Origin: Thermoprotei archaeon
GTDB taxonomy: Archaea; Thermoproteota; Thermoprotei; Thermoproteales; B15-G16
Assembly (NCBI GenBank): GCA_003649205.1
Contig: QMRC01000018.1
Span: 1-20,285, forward strand
Direction of reading: 5' to 3'
Length of the DNA: 20,285 nt
How positions within the stretch are numbered: position 1 is the first letter of the stretch; every line of letters begins with the position of its first letter. The notes beneath the pieces were generated by a model. That model worked only from the letters and a program-made list of their open reading frames with translations. It had not been told where the DNA came from and did not search any database. A program made the translations under genes and the position numbers. Shown one piece after another: positions 8,799 through 17,332 of this stretch.

Positions 8799-8853
8799 GA
8801 CTCAGTGATCGAGGGCTTCCTCATTGATCAGTTGCGAACTGCTTCAGCATCTA
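8799..8853 (-). ncRNA. C/D-box methylation guide sRNA
   Basis: Minus strand reads ATGCTGA (8850-8844) agcagttcgcaa CTGA tca ATGAGGA agccctcgatca CTGA (8805-8802): two 12-nt guides, both D boxes perfect. Confidence 0.8.
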
Positions 8854-8951
8854 CGTGAGAAGACTCTAACTCACCTAAATTAACCTTGTGATCAATACCT
8901 CAGGTGAATACTTTTAACCAAGTAATGATTGAACCACGTGGTGAATACGTC

Positions 8952-9482
8952 TTGAGCCTAAGGTGCTTAGTGCTCTACTACGACATCCTCGGTGTAGCTA
9001 AGGACGTAGCTAAGTCACTAGCCACCGGTATAAAGAGCTATGGATTTAGTGTTGAAATAGAGAAGCTAGGTAAGCAAGCACTGAGAAAGCTCAGTACCGG
9101 GCAACACGACCTTGTAGTAATCGGTACAGCACACTTCATACTCACACCACCAAACATCTTCAGTTTCATCAGGAAGATGCCTAGAGGACCTGAAGACAAA
9201 GTAAACCCCGTACTAGCATTCCTAGTAGGGACGAGAATAGGTATGAGTAGGTACTTCAAGAAACTCCGCACACTTCTCCAGAAGAAGAACTACACGGTAA
9301 TTCGTGAGTTCTTCGCTGAAGTACAGGGATTCCCACCTAGAGTACCGAGTGAGTACCTAGCAATGGCTGAGAGATACGGTTGGAAGGTAGCTAGCTACGT
9401 AGATGCACATAGGTACAAGTTCACGAGACGTAGTAGAGTACTCCTCAGTACAGATTTGAGTCCGAGACTGAACTCCACATAA
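8952..9482 (+). CDS. Flavodoxin-fold protein with degenerate FMN-binding loop
   Basis: CLVLYYxxxGVAKDVAKSLATGI...HDLVVIGT follows the flavodoxin beta1-alpha1...beta3 pattern. Start at TTG 8952 (GGTGA RBS) or GTG 8904. Confidence 0.65.
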   Translation: MSLRCLVLYYDILGVAKDVAKSLATGIKSYGFSVEIEKLGKQALRKLSTGQHDLVVIGTAHFILTPPNIFSFIRKMPRGPEDKVNPVLAFLVGTRIGMSRYFKKLRTLLQKKNYTVIREFFAEVQGFPPRVPSEYLAMAERYGWKVASYVDAHRYKFTRRSRVLLSTDLSPRLNST

Positions 9483-9484
9483 AG

Positions 9485-10198
9485 CTACATGAAGTCAGTT
9501 AGCCTAGTACCCAAACACTTACTCAAAACCTTTCTAGCAGTACTCCAACTCTTCCTCACACAAGGAGGTAACTCACCGAACTTCCTAACGTAATCTTCAA
9601 GGAAACTAATAGTCTTGGGATCAGTAACGTAACCACTACCAAAATCACCGTAAATCCTCTTCAACTCATCAATCTCCCTATCCCTCAACACCTTAGCGAC
9701 AATTGACGCAGCAGCAACCACCACATACTTCGACTCAGCATGATTATCCGCAACAATACTGACACCACTCCCCACTCCTCTCTCAAGTAAGTACCTCTTA
9801 ACCATGGATGAGTACCTGTGAGGTACAGGATCAGGTGAATCAACGTAGATACAGAGCACTTCAGAGGAACTAAACCTAGAGAGACAATCAGCAATTAACT
9901 CAGAGCATATCCTCGCCTCTAAATCATTTAGATTCCTAGCACACCTACCCTCAACAGCAGAATCAATAACATCTGGAGGTACAACCCTATACGTAATGTA
10001 GTCAGCAACCTCCCGCAACACCGAGAAAATAGCTTCACGCCTACTCCTCGTAAGTTGCTTTGAATCCCTAACCCCGAGCCCAACTAGGTTGCTCACCCTA
10101 TCCTCACGAACAACAACACAAGCCATAACCATAGGACCAATAACAGGACCTCTACCAGCCTCATCAATACCAATGACGTACAGCCTCACCACCCCCAT
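9485..10198 (-). CDS. rnhB: Ribonuclease HII
   Basis: GIDEAGRGPVIGPMV, DSKQL, VAAASIVAKV, DFGSGY and VRKSW motifs. Confidence 0.97.
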   Translation of the reverse strand: MGVVRLYVIGIDEAGRGPVIGPMVMACVVVREDRVSNLVGLGVRDSKQLTRSRREAIFSVLREVADYITYRVVPPDVIDSAVEGRCARNLNDLEARICSELIADCLSRFSSSEVLCIYVDSPDPVPHRYSSMVKRYLLERGVGSGVSIVADNHAESKYVVVAAASIVAKVLRDREIDELKRIYGDFGSGYVTDPKTISFLEDYVRKFGELPPCVRKSWSTARKVLSKCLGTRLTDFM

Positions 10199-10280
10199 AC
10201 ATACCTAGGTAATACAACTCAAGACAAACATCTCCCTTATTACACATATCACTTACTCAAGCACCGAGGTGGTAGTAGGT

Positions 10281-10430
10281 ATGTCCTCTCCTCAAGTAAT
10301 GCTGAGAGAACTAGCACAGAGATTCGGAGTGAGCGAAGATATCATACTTGAGCAAGCACTCAAGCTATGGCTCAAGGCCAAGACAGGGAAGGTCAAGGTC
10401 ATTGAATTAGTGGAGGTGACTACACTATGA
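10281..10430 (+). CDS. Small 49-aa protein, helix-helix segment resembling ribbon-helix-helix (CopG-like) proteins
   Basis: Below the ORF-track cutoff. MSSPQVMLRELAQRFGVSEDIILEQALKLWLKAKTGKVKVIELVEVTTL; GAGGTGG RBS at 10266-10272; TGA overlaps the next ATG (ATGA). Confidence 0.72.
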   Translation: MSSPQVMLRELAQRFGVSEDIILEQALKLWLKAKTGKVKVIELVEVTTL

Positions 10431-12412
10431 AGCTCCACCACCTAACCCTAATCCTACTCACATTAGCAGTGATAACACTAACACCACTCACAGTCTACAG
10501 CGCCGAAGTAGATCAAGTACAGTACTACCTCAAGGTAGAGTACACACTACAGGTAGAATCAAGCATAACGTACCTAATCAAACCAGGCAAATCAATACAG
10601 GTAGCACCACTACCCTCACCACCAGGATTCAACCTAAAGTGTATAGAGCTAGAGTTCACGGAACCACTACCACCATCAGTAAAGGTAGAGGGTAAGGACG
10701 TAAAGTTCGTCAAGGTACCACCAAATCTGGTAAAGAAGGTAATTGTCTACGGTGAGAGAGCTGTACTAATCAACAAGGGGAATGAAGTGATTAGAGTTAG
10801 AGCAAATAGAGTATTCAAGTACACACAGACAACATACATACCGATTAGAGAGCTTAGGATCAAGGTAGAGACACCGGAGGTACCAAAGACCTTCGGAACA
10901 AGTAGCCTAGTGATGAAGATAGAGCTAGATAACTACGCACCATACAGGATAAAAGACGTAATAACACCACACGGAACATCACTACTTAGACCAGACATAC
11001 AGGAACAGTACCCACCAGACACAACATCGATAGACTACAAGCACGTAGTGATTAAGCTAGGTAGAGAACTACCAACAGGAACCTACACCATAGTGCTAGA
11101 GAAGGGTAAGGAGTACGTACTACCATCAGCAATGCTAGTAGCAGGAGAAAGCTTCTACAACCTAACCATACCACCAATGACAACAGAACAAATCTCAACA
11201 CCACTACCCGAGAAGGGGTGGAAACACCTAGGATACGTCGTACTGATATCAACCGTGTACCCAGTAACGGAAGTAGAGAAAGGTGATGTCAAGATCACAG
11301 CAGACCTTGTAGATAAGGTAATGATTGAGAAGAGGACTATCTCGGTAGCAGGAATAAGCTACCTAATACCACCAATCAAGTTCAAGACCTGGATAAAAGC
11401 ATACATAGTCTACGGAACAACACTACAGATAGAGAACACCTTCAGCTACCCAGTAATAGTCATCTACATACCACTCAAGTACAGAGAAGTAGGTAAGTGG
11501 ACAGAGAAAGGACTAGAGATAAAGGTAAGTGAGAACGACATAGCAACCTCAGTCTACGCATACCTAGTAGTACAGGTACCAGAGCACGCAGAGATAAAGT
11601 CAGTAGTGACACCAAGTGGAGCAATCTACGAGAACTACGTAGATAGCGAAGTACCGTGGGCAGGAATCAACAGGACAGTATCCATAACCGAGAAACAAGC
11701 ATACATCGCAGTGAAGATAGGTGAAGTCTACGAAGTAGGAACCTACAGATTCTTCATCAAGTGGAAACCAATGACAGTAAAGGTAATAGATACAGCTGGT
11801 AACCCACTACCAAACGCAACAATAACCATAGAAGGACCCATAACCACAACACTGACAACAGATGCAACAGGAAAAGTAACAACAGTACTCTACAGACCAG
11901 GACCATACACCATATCGATCAAGTACATGGGAGTTGAAGTAGGTAAGTACGCCCTAGGAACAGTACTGAAGACAGACATCTCAGTAATGGCACAAGTATA
12001 CAACCTCAAGCTAAAGGTAGTTGGAGTTAGAGAGCAACCAATAGAGAACGCAATTATCAAGGTAATGACAGAGACAGGTAAAGTCATCACAGTAGCGAGA
12101 ACAGATACGAACGGAACAGCAGTAATAAAGCAACTACCAAGAGGAAAGTACAGGATTGAGGTCAAGTACGTCAAGACATCAGCAATCAAGACAGTAGAGC
12201 TAGATAACAACAAGGAGGAGGAGATCAAGCTAGACATATTCATGGAACTACCAGTAATAGGACCAGTAACAACACTAGAAGCACTACTACTAACAGGAGG
12301 AATAGGTGGAGGAACAATAGCACTAGCACTAATAGGGAAGCTAGGTAGGAGAAAGGAGGAAGACGTAGAAGAGGAAGAACCAGAGATAGAGACAGAATTC
12401 ATAGAGGAATAG
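10427..12412 (+). CDS. Secreted, C-terminally membrane-anchored surface protein with two carboxypeptidase-regulatory-like beta-sandwich repeats
   Basis: Sec signal (MKLHHLTLILLTLAV...YSA); beta-rich body; repeats VKVIDTAGNPLPNATI...TDATG...GPYTI and LKVVGVREQPIENAII...TDTNG...GKYRI; C-terminal TM, then RRK and an acidic tail. Confidence 0.85.
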   Translation: MKLHHLTLILLTLAVITLTPLTVYSAEVDQVQYYLKVEYTLQVESSITYLIKPGKSIQVAPLPSPPGFNLKCIELEFTEPLPPSVKVEGKDVKFVKVPPNLVKKVIVYGERAVLINKGNEVIRVRANRVFKYTQTTYIPIRELRIKVETPEVPKTFGTSSLVMKIELDNYAPYRIKDVITPHGTSLLRPDIQEQYPPDTTSIDYKHVVIKLGRELPTGTYTIVLEKGKEYVLPSAMLVAGESFYNLTIPPMTTEQISTPLPEKGWKHLGYVVLISTVYPVTEVEKGDVKITADLVDKVMIEKRTISVAGISYLIPPIKFKTWIKAYIVYGTTLQIENTFSYPVIVIYIPLKYREVGKWTEKGLEIKVSENDIATSVYAYLVVQVPEHAEIKSVVTPSGAIYENYVDSEVPWAGINRTVSITEKQAYIAVKIGEVYEVGTYRFFIKWKPMTVKVIDTAGNPLPNATITIEGPITTTLTTDATGKVTTVLYRPGPYTISIKYMGVEVGKYALGTVLKTDISVMAQVYNLKLKVVGVREQPIENAIIKVMTETGKVITVARTDTNGTAVIKQLPRGKYRIEVKYVKTSAIKTVELDNNKEEEIKLDIFMELPVIGPVTTLEALLLTGGIGGGTIALALIGKLGRRKEEDVEEEEPEIETEFIEE

Positions 12413-13339
12413 CTACGAGAGTGGCCACTCGACAATTACATAAGGTATTTCGTAGGTACCTTCAGCGATGATAGAGTTATAGATGTAGACACGATACCTC
12501 AAAACGAATGAACCATAATCAGGAGGCCCAACAGCGCCCCAAACCCATGTAGGTACGCCATACGTACGATAATCAATAAACCAAGTTACGCAAACAGAGG
12601 CTCCAGGAGCTAAGTAGTCTATACTTTTTGTAGACAGTATCACCGGTGGTGTTAATGCTTCTGTTCCTGTTGTCTCTAAAGTACCATTGACCTTTATCTT
12701 ATAGAGAGGTATTGTTGAGTTATTATGTATGAAGATCTTTACTTCACACGTTGGTGTAACTAGCTCGTACCCAATCGTTATGTAGTACCACCATACACTA
12801 TACTCCCCAACATATTCCACGTACGGCGGTGCTATGGAGGCAGAAGCATTTACTCTAAGCACCTTGAAAATAGTGCTTCGCTCAGTACCCTGACTCGACA
12901 CTACCTTAACTACGTAGTACCCCCCATCAACTGAGGGAGGTGGATAATTCGTGGCATCTGGTATGGTAAATATGTACGAACTACTTCCACCAACAGGTAT
13001 CGTTAATGTAGTTAAATTCACAAGACTCCTCGTGATGTCTGTTGCTGGATCTACGTACGTCAGGAATGCTACCCTCGTAACTATTGCCCTTGATCCCCTA
13101 TTCACTATGTGCACTATGAATTTTGCCCCCGCTACCCACTCCTCTGGCGGCTCTAAGTATATCTCGAAATTCTCTTCAGTTTTCTCAGCTTCCTCAGCTA
13201 CTGCTGCCTGTACTGTCCTCACGTAATCACTAAACCTAATCATCATGAGTGTCATAGATACAATGAAGAGTGTCAGTACAATGAGTAGAAATACTGTCGC
13301 TATAGGAACCGATATACCTAATCCACCTCGACCCCTCAT
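12413..13339 (-). CDS. Minor pilin/adhesin with class III-like signal peptide and an extra C-terminal Ig/CARDB-like domain
   Basis: From ATG 13339: MRGRGGLG|ISVPIATVFLLIV. Pilin globular motifs IVNRGS and VKVVSSQG. Second domain IHNNST...IDYLAPGASV. Confidence 0.78.
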   Translation of the reverse strand: MRGRGGLGISVPIATVFLLIVLTLFIVSMTLMMIRFSDYVRTVQAAVAEEAEKTEENFEIYLEPPEEWVAGAKFIVHIVNRGSRAIVTRVAFLTYVDPATDITRSLVNLTTLTIPVGGSSSYIFTIPDATNYPPPSVDGGYYVVKVVSSQGTERSTIFKVLRVNASASIAPPYVEYVGEYSVWWYYITIGYELVTPTCEVKIFIHNNSTIPLYKIKVNGTLETTGTEALTPPVILSTKSIDYLAPGASVCVTWFIDYRTYGVPTWVWGAVGPPDYGSFVLRYRVYIYNSIIAEGTYEIPYVIVEWPLS

Positions 13340-13355
13340 GAAGTAACCCCTACAC

Positions 13356-13799
13356 CTAAGGTACCTTAACCAAGTACTCATTTGACACCGCATACCTCGA
13401 TGCTACTTTAACTAAGAATGCTCTTGCTGTTGTAACGTACTTTATCGCTACTACCTTACCTAACTGTCCCGGTGCTAGTCTAAGCTTAGTTGGTGTATAG
13501 GTGTCAGGTACCGTGTTGTTTACGTATACAACGTCTATCGTTTCTACAGTCTTCCCCGTATTGAGTACATAGATCGTTAAGTTGTATCCTCCTGTCACTG
13601 GTGATATATCTACGTGAACTACCTGTATCCTCGCTACTACCTCTCTTTCACCTCTCTCAATAACACCTGTCACTGCTGATGTTAGTGAGCTTAAATACCC
13701 ACTAGCCCACAGGTAGACACCTACCGATACCGATATCGTTACCGCTGCTAGGAGTACCGTAGCTGTTACCTCACTAATTCCCAGCTTTTTCCTCCTCAT
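13356..13799 (-). CDS. Archaeal type IV pilin
   Basis: MRRKKLG|ISEVTATVLLAAVTI class III signal peptide; IYVLNTG, VYVN, LAPGQ and VKVAS archaeal pilin motifs. Confidence 0.92.
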   Translation of the reverse strand: MRRKKLGISEVTATVLLAAVTISVSVGVYLWASGYLSSLTSAVTGVIERGEREVVARIQVVHVDISPVTGGYNLTIYVLNTGKTVETIDVVYVNNTVPDTYTPTKLRLAPGQLGKVVAIKYVTTARAFLVKVASRYAVSNEYLVKVP

Positions 13800-13829
13800 A
13801 CCACCTAATCACTTACTCACTTTCTGAAC

Positions 13830-13837
13830 TTTATAAA
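13830..13837. promoter_or_regulatory. Palindromic TATA box (TTTATAAA) between divergent pilin and ATPase genes
   Basis: Perfect archaeal TATA consensus on both strands, about 30 nt before the pilin ATG and about 85 nt before the ATPase ATG. Confidence 0.6.
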
Positions 13838-13923
13838 TCCTGTAAGGTTAGTAGCCATCTTGTGTATGTTAGTTAAGTAGATTAGTGAGGTAGTCGCTAA
13901 GAGCCTTGATTTGGGGTTACTGA

Positions 13924-15483
13924 ATGAGTTACAGCAGTTCTTCAGTGAGTAGGAGGAATGTAGTTCATCCAGTAGCTAGCATCAGAGATGAACTTCGTGA
14001 GAAAGGGTATGCAGTTGTTGATTTCTATGCTGTTAATCCTCCTCATGCTTACACGGTTATTGCTCGTGAGATCACTACTGGTAGGTTGATGTACTTCGTA
14101 ATTGAGCCTCCTCTAAGTGAGGAAGATCATAGGGTTTTGAAGGAGCTTAAGGAGTTGCTGTATGAAGAGTGTCGTGATCTCGACTCATTCCCCAATAAGG
14201 GTAGTGAGGAAGTGTTGAGGAAGTACATTGAGAGTAAGGTCAGAGATATCATCAATAAGTACAGTATTGAACTTCCAAGACCTGAAGCACTGAGTAAGTA
14301 CATGTACTACCTGATTAGGGACTTCATTGGTTATGGTAAGATTGATTCACTCATGAGAGATCCATACCTAGAGGATATCCTCTGTGATGGTGTTGGATCA
14401 CCTATCTATGTTTGGCACAGATTCTACGAATCAATGCCAACAAACATCGTATTCGATAGTCTTGAAGAGCTTGAGTCCTTCGTAACTAAACTTGCGTATA
14501 GAGCTGGTAAGCAAATCAGCATAGCAGATCCGATTGTTGAGGGTTCTCTACCTGATGGCTCGAGAGTACACATAACATTGACCGAGGTATCGAGGAGAGG
14601 CCCAACCTTTAGCATCCGTAGATTCAGTATTGAGGTCTTAACAATTATCGACCTACTAATCCAAAATACGATATCTGTTGAGGAAGCTGCGTACCTCTGG
14701 TACCTCGTCGATAACATGAGGACCATCATCATAACAGGTGCTACAGGTGCAGGTAAGACCACACTCCTAAACGCTATAGCTATGTTCATCAGACCTGAGT
14801 GTAGAGTCATTACGATAGAGGAGGTTCCAGAGCTTAGACTACCACACGAGCACTGGGTACCACTCGTAGCCAGACCATCTAGAGAAGCATACGTTAGAGA
14901 CGTTACACTATTCGACCTACTGAAGTCTAGCCTCAGAATGAGACCTGACTACATTATCGTAGGTGAGATTCGTGGTGAAGAAGCATTCGTACTATTTCAG
15001 GCACTAGCTACAGGTCACGCAGGTCTCTGCACCATGCACGCTGAGTCCATCGAGTACGCTATAAGGAGGTTACTCACGAAGCCAATGAACATACCGCCAA
15101 TACTCATACCACTAGCTAACGTCTTCATCCACATATCCAGAGTTAAGCTAGGTGATAGAATTGTGAGGAGAGTTGTCAGAATATGTGAAGTTGAGGATGT
15201 TGATGAGAAAGGTAACGTCAAGATTAGAGATATCTTCAGATGGACACCTCTCAATGATAAACACGAGAAAATCGGTGATAGTGTAGTGCTTAGGAGGATT
15301 GCAGAGGTTAAGTTCATACACCCAACACACATAGAGCAGGAACTCAAGAGAAGAGCCACAATCCTGAAGACACTCATGGAGTTGAAGTTAAGGGACTTCG
15401 CTACTGTTAGCAAGGTAATCAGAGAGTACTACTACAGACCTGAACTAGTTTACCTAAGGGCAACCGCAAAAGCACTACCATAG
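13924..15483 (+). CDS. Type IV pilus assembly ATPase (VirB11/TadA/FlaI family)
   Basis: Archaeal N-terminal domain (YFVIEPPL, RDFIGYGKID), Walker A GATGAGKT, Asp box TIEE, Walker B IIVGEIRG, His box TGH...TMHA. Confidence 0.95.
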   Translation: MSYSSSSVSRRNVVHPVASIRDELREKGYAVVDFYAVNPPHAYTVIAREITTGRLMYFVIEPPLSEEDHRVLKELKELLYEECRDLDSFPNKGSEEVLRKYIESKVRDIINKYSIELPRPEALSKYMYYLIRDFIGYGKIDSLMRDPYLEDILCDGVGSPIYVWHRFYESMPTNIVFDSLEELESFVTKLAYRAGKQISIADPIVEGSLPDGSRVHITLTEVSRRGPTFSIRRFSIEVLTIIDLLIQNTISVEEAAYLWYLVDNMRTIIITGATGAGKTTLLNAIAMFIRPECRVITIEEVPELRLPHEHWVPLVARPSREAYVRDVTLFDLLKSSLRMRPDYIIVGEIRGEEAFVLFQALATGHAGLCTMHAESIEYAIRRLLTKPMNIPPILIPLANVFIHISRVKLGDRIVRRVVRICEVEDVDEKGNVKIRDIFRWTPLNDKHEKIGDSVVLRRIAEVKFIHPTHIEQELKRRATILKTLMELKLRDFATVSKVIREYYYRPELVYLRATAKALP

Positions 15484-15496
15484 TGGAGGTGGTACA

Positions 15497-16381
15497 TTGC
15501 TCAAGAACTTGAGAGATAGGTTAGTGAACTCCGATGCAAACTCATTCATAGGTAGGTTCATGAACTCACTACACAGGTACTACTTGAAGAGTGGTGTTGA
15601 GGAACCATTTATAGCGTATGTGGATAAGTCGATAAGGTATGTAGTGACTACAGCAATCTCAACACTAACAATCTCCACAGTACTACACACACTACTCCTT
15701 AGGTACAGCATATTCACGGGATTAGCATCATCACTATCACTGACAGTAGCAGCTACCTCACTAGCAATCTTGATCAGGGTACTGTACCCACTCTACAGAG
15801 TACGTAAGAGGAGGAGAGAAATAGAGCAAAACCTCGTATACACCGTAGCGTGTATAGTTACCTTAGCAGCAGCTAACTTGAGACCTGATGTAATTATTGA
15901 GAGGGTATCTGAAATAGAGGTGTCTAGTGCTATCAGGTACGAGCTTAGGAGAATAACGAGGAATGTAAGAGCTTTTGGATTAAGCATCGTGAGAGCACTT
16001 GAGGTAGCTATAGAGCACACACCATCACCATCACTTGCAGAGTTCCTAAAAGGTCTAGTAGATACCATCAGGACTACAGGAAACATAGCAAGCTACGCAA
16101 ACTTCGTACTAGAGAGCTTGCTTAGGAAGAAGATCGAGAACATGAGAAGCGCACTCAACTCACTATCGCTAATAGTCGAGATCTACGTAGTGATCATCGT
16201 CGTACTACCACTACTACTCATAGTAATGCTAGTTGTCATAGGTACCATAACACCAACACTAGGATTCGCAGGACTAGCAGTACCAGTACCAGCACTACTC
16301 ACACTACTCATCTTCATACTAACACCCATCCTCGGAATAGCTATGTACCTCATAATAGACACAATAGTTTCGAGCCTGTGA
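15497..16381 (+). CDS. Type II secretion/T4P platform membrane protein (TadC/GspF family)
   Basis: TM pair, cytoplasmic GspF domain (ELRRI...FGLSIVRAL...TPSPSLAEFL.GL...TTGN), C-terminal TMs; GGAGGTGG RBS. Confidence 0.88.
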   Translation: MLKNLRDRLVNSDANSFIGRFMNSLHRYYLKSGVEEPFIAYVDKSIRYVVTTAISTLTISTVLHTLLLRYSIFTGLASSLSLTVAATSLAILIRVLYPLYRVRKRRREIEQNLVYTVACIVTLAAANLRPDVIIERVSEIEVSSAIRYELRRITRNVRAFGLSIVRALEVAIEHTPSPSLAEFLKGLVDTIRTTGNIASYANFVLESLLRKKIENMRSALNSLSLIVEIYVVIIVVLPLLLIVMLVVIGTITPTLGFAGLAVPVPALLTLLIFILTPILGIAMYLIIDTIVSSL

Positions 16382-17322
16382 CCATGGTTAAGTACATAGA
16401 GTTAAGAGGTAAAAACCTCGTAATACTACTCACGACATCAGCACTAGCCCTCCTACTCCTAGTCATAGTAATACCACTCATGATCGTACTACCACACCTG
16501 AGAAGACAAGGTATTGAAGTAGTATCAAGACACCTACCAATACCACTAATCGTAAACCCCCTACTAAACACACTAATGACAGTAGGGTTTAGCCTATCAA
16601 TCCTACCACTAGCTATCGTCATGTACATAAACGACATGTACGTAAGCAACATAGAGGATAACATACCAATAGCACTGAGAGCACTAGCAGATACAGTAGC
16701 ATCAGGCATCCCCCTACCAAGAGCTATAGAGGTAATTGCTAGAGGTAGGTACGGTGCATTGAGCTTAGAGATGAGAAACGTCGTATCCCAAATACTACTA
16801 GGTAAGACATTTGAAGAAGCAATACAGTACCTCTCAAGGAAATTCCCAACACCAATAATCAAGAGATTCGTAACCATCCTCATAGAGGCATATAGAAGCG
16901 GAGGTAGAGTAGCACAGGTACTACACGCAGCAGCTAACGTAATGTCATCAATAAGAGCATTCGAAACAGAGAAGAGAACTAGATTAAAACCCTACGTCTC
17001 ACTCCTCTACATGATAACCTACATCTACGTCCTCGTTGGAGCACTTATAGTGTATGGATTTGTAGAGTCAATAGAGACCATGGCAGCGAAAGCGAGTGGC
17101 TTCCTACAGGTCGCCATAACAACTGAAGAAGCAGCATCACTACTACACTTCGGACTACTAGTTCAATGCATTATCTCAGGTGCTATAATCGGTAAGATAT
17201 TGAGAGGTAGAGCTGTACTCGGAATACCACACATGCTGATAATGCTATCAACCGCAACAGTACTCTACTACATGATCCTACCACCACTAGTTAAGTTACT
17301 GATACCAATAGGAGCGAGATAG
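16378..17322 (+). CDS. Second T4P platform membrane protein (TadC/GspF family)
   Basis: IEDNIP.ALR.LAD...SGIPL.RAI, YGALS.EM, GKTFEEA, EAYRSGG and RLKPY motifs; GTGA overlap with the previous gene. Confidence 0.9.
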   Translation: MTMVKYIELRGKNLVILLTTSALALLLLVIVIPLMIVLPHLRRQGIEVVSRHLPIPLIVNPLLNTLMTVGFSLSILPLAIVMYINDMYVSNIEDNIPIALRALADTVASGIPLPRAIEVIARGRYGALSLEMRNVVSQILLGKTFEEAIQYLSRKFPTPIIKRFVTILIEAYRSGGRVAQVLHAAANVMSSIRAFETEKRTRLKPYVSLLYMITYIYVLVGALIVYGFVESIETMAAKASGFLQVAITTEEAASLLHFGLLVQCIISGAIIGKILRGRAVLGIPHMLIMLSTATVLYYMILPPLVKLLIPIGAR

Positions 17323-17332
17323 GTTAAGTACC

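Noticed and set aside
11890-12435. 181-aa Ser-rich antisense ORF
   Set aside because: Reverse-frame mirror of the surface protein (poly-Ser from the GAG/GAA tail); no motifs or RBS.
14424-16883. Antisense ORFs over the ATPase and TadC genes (up to 177 aa)
   Set aside because: Fully overlap well-supported genes on the opposite strand; no independent coding signal.
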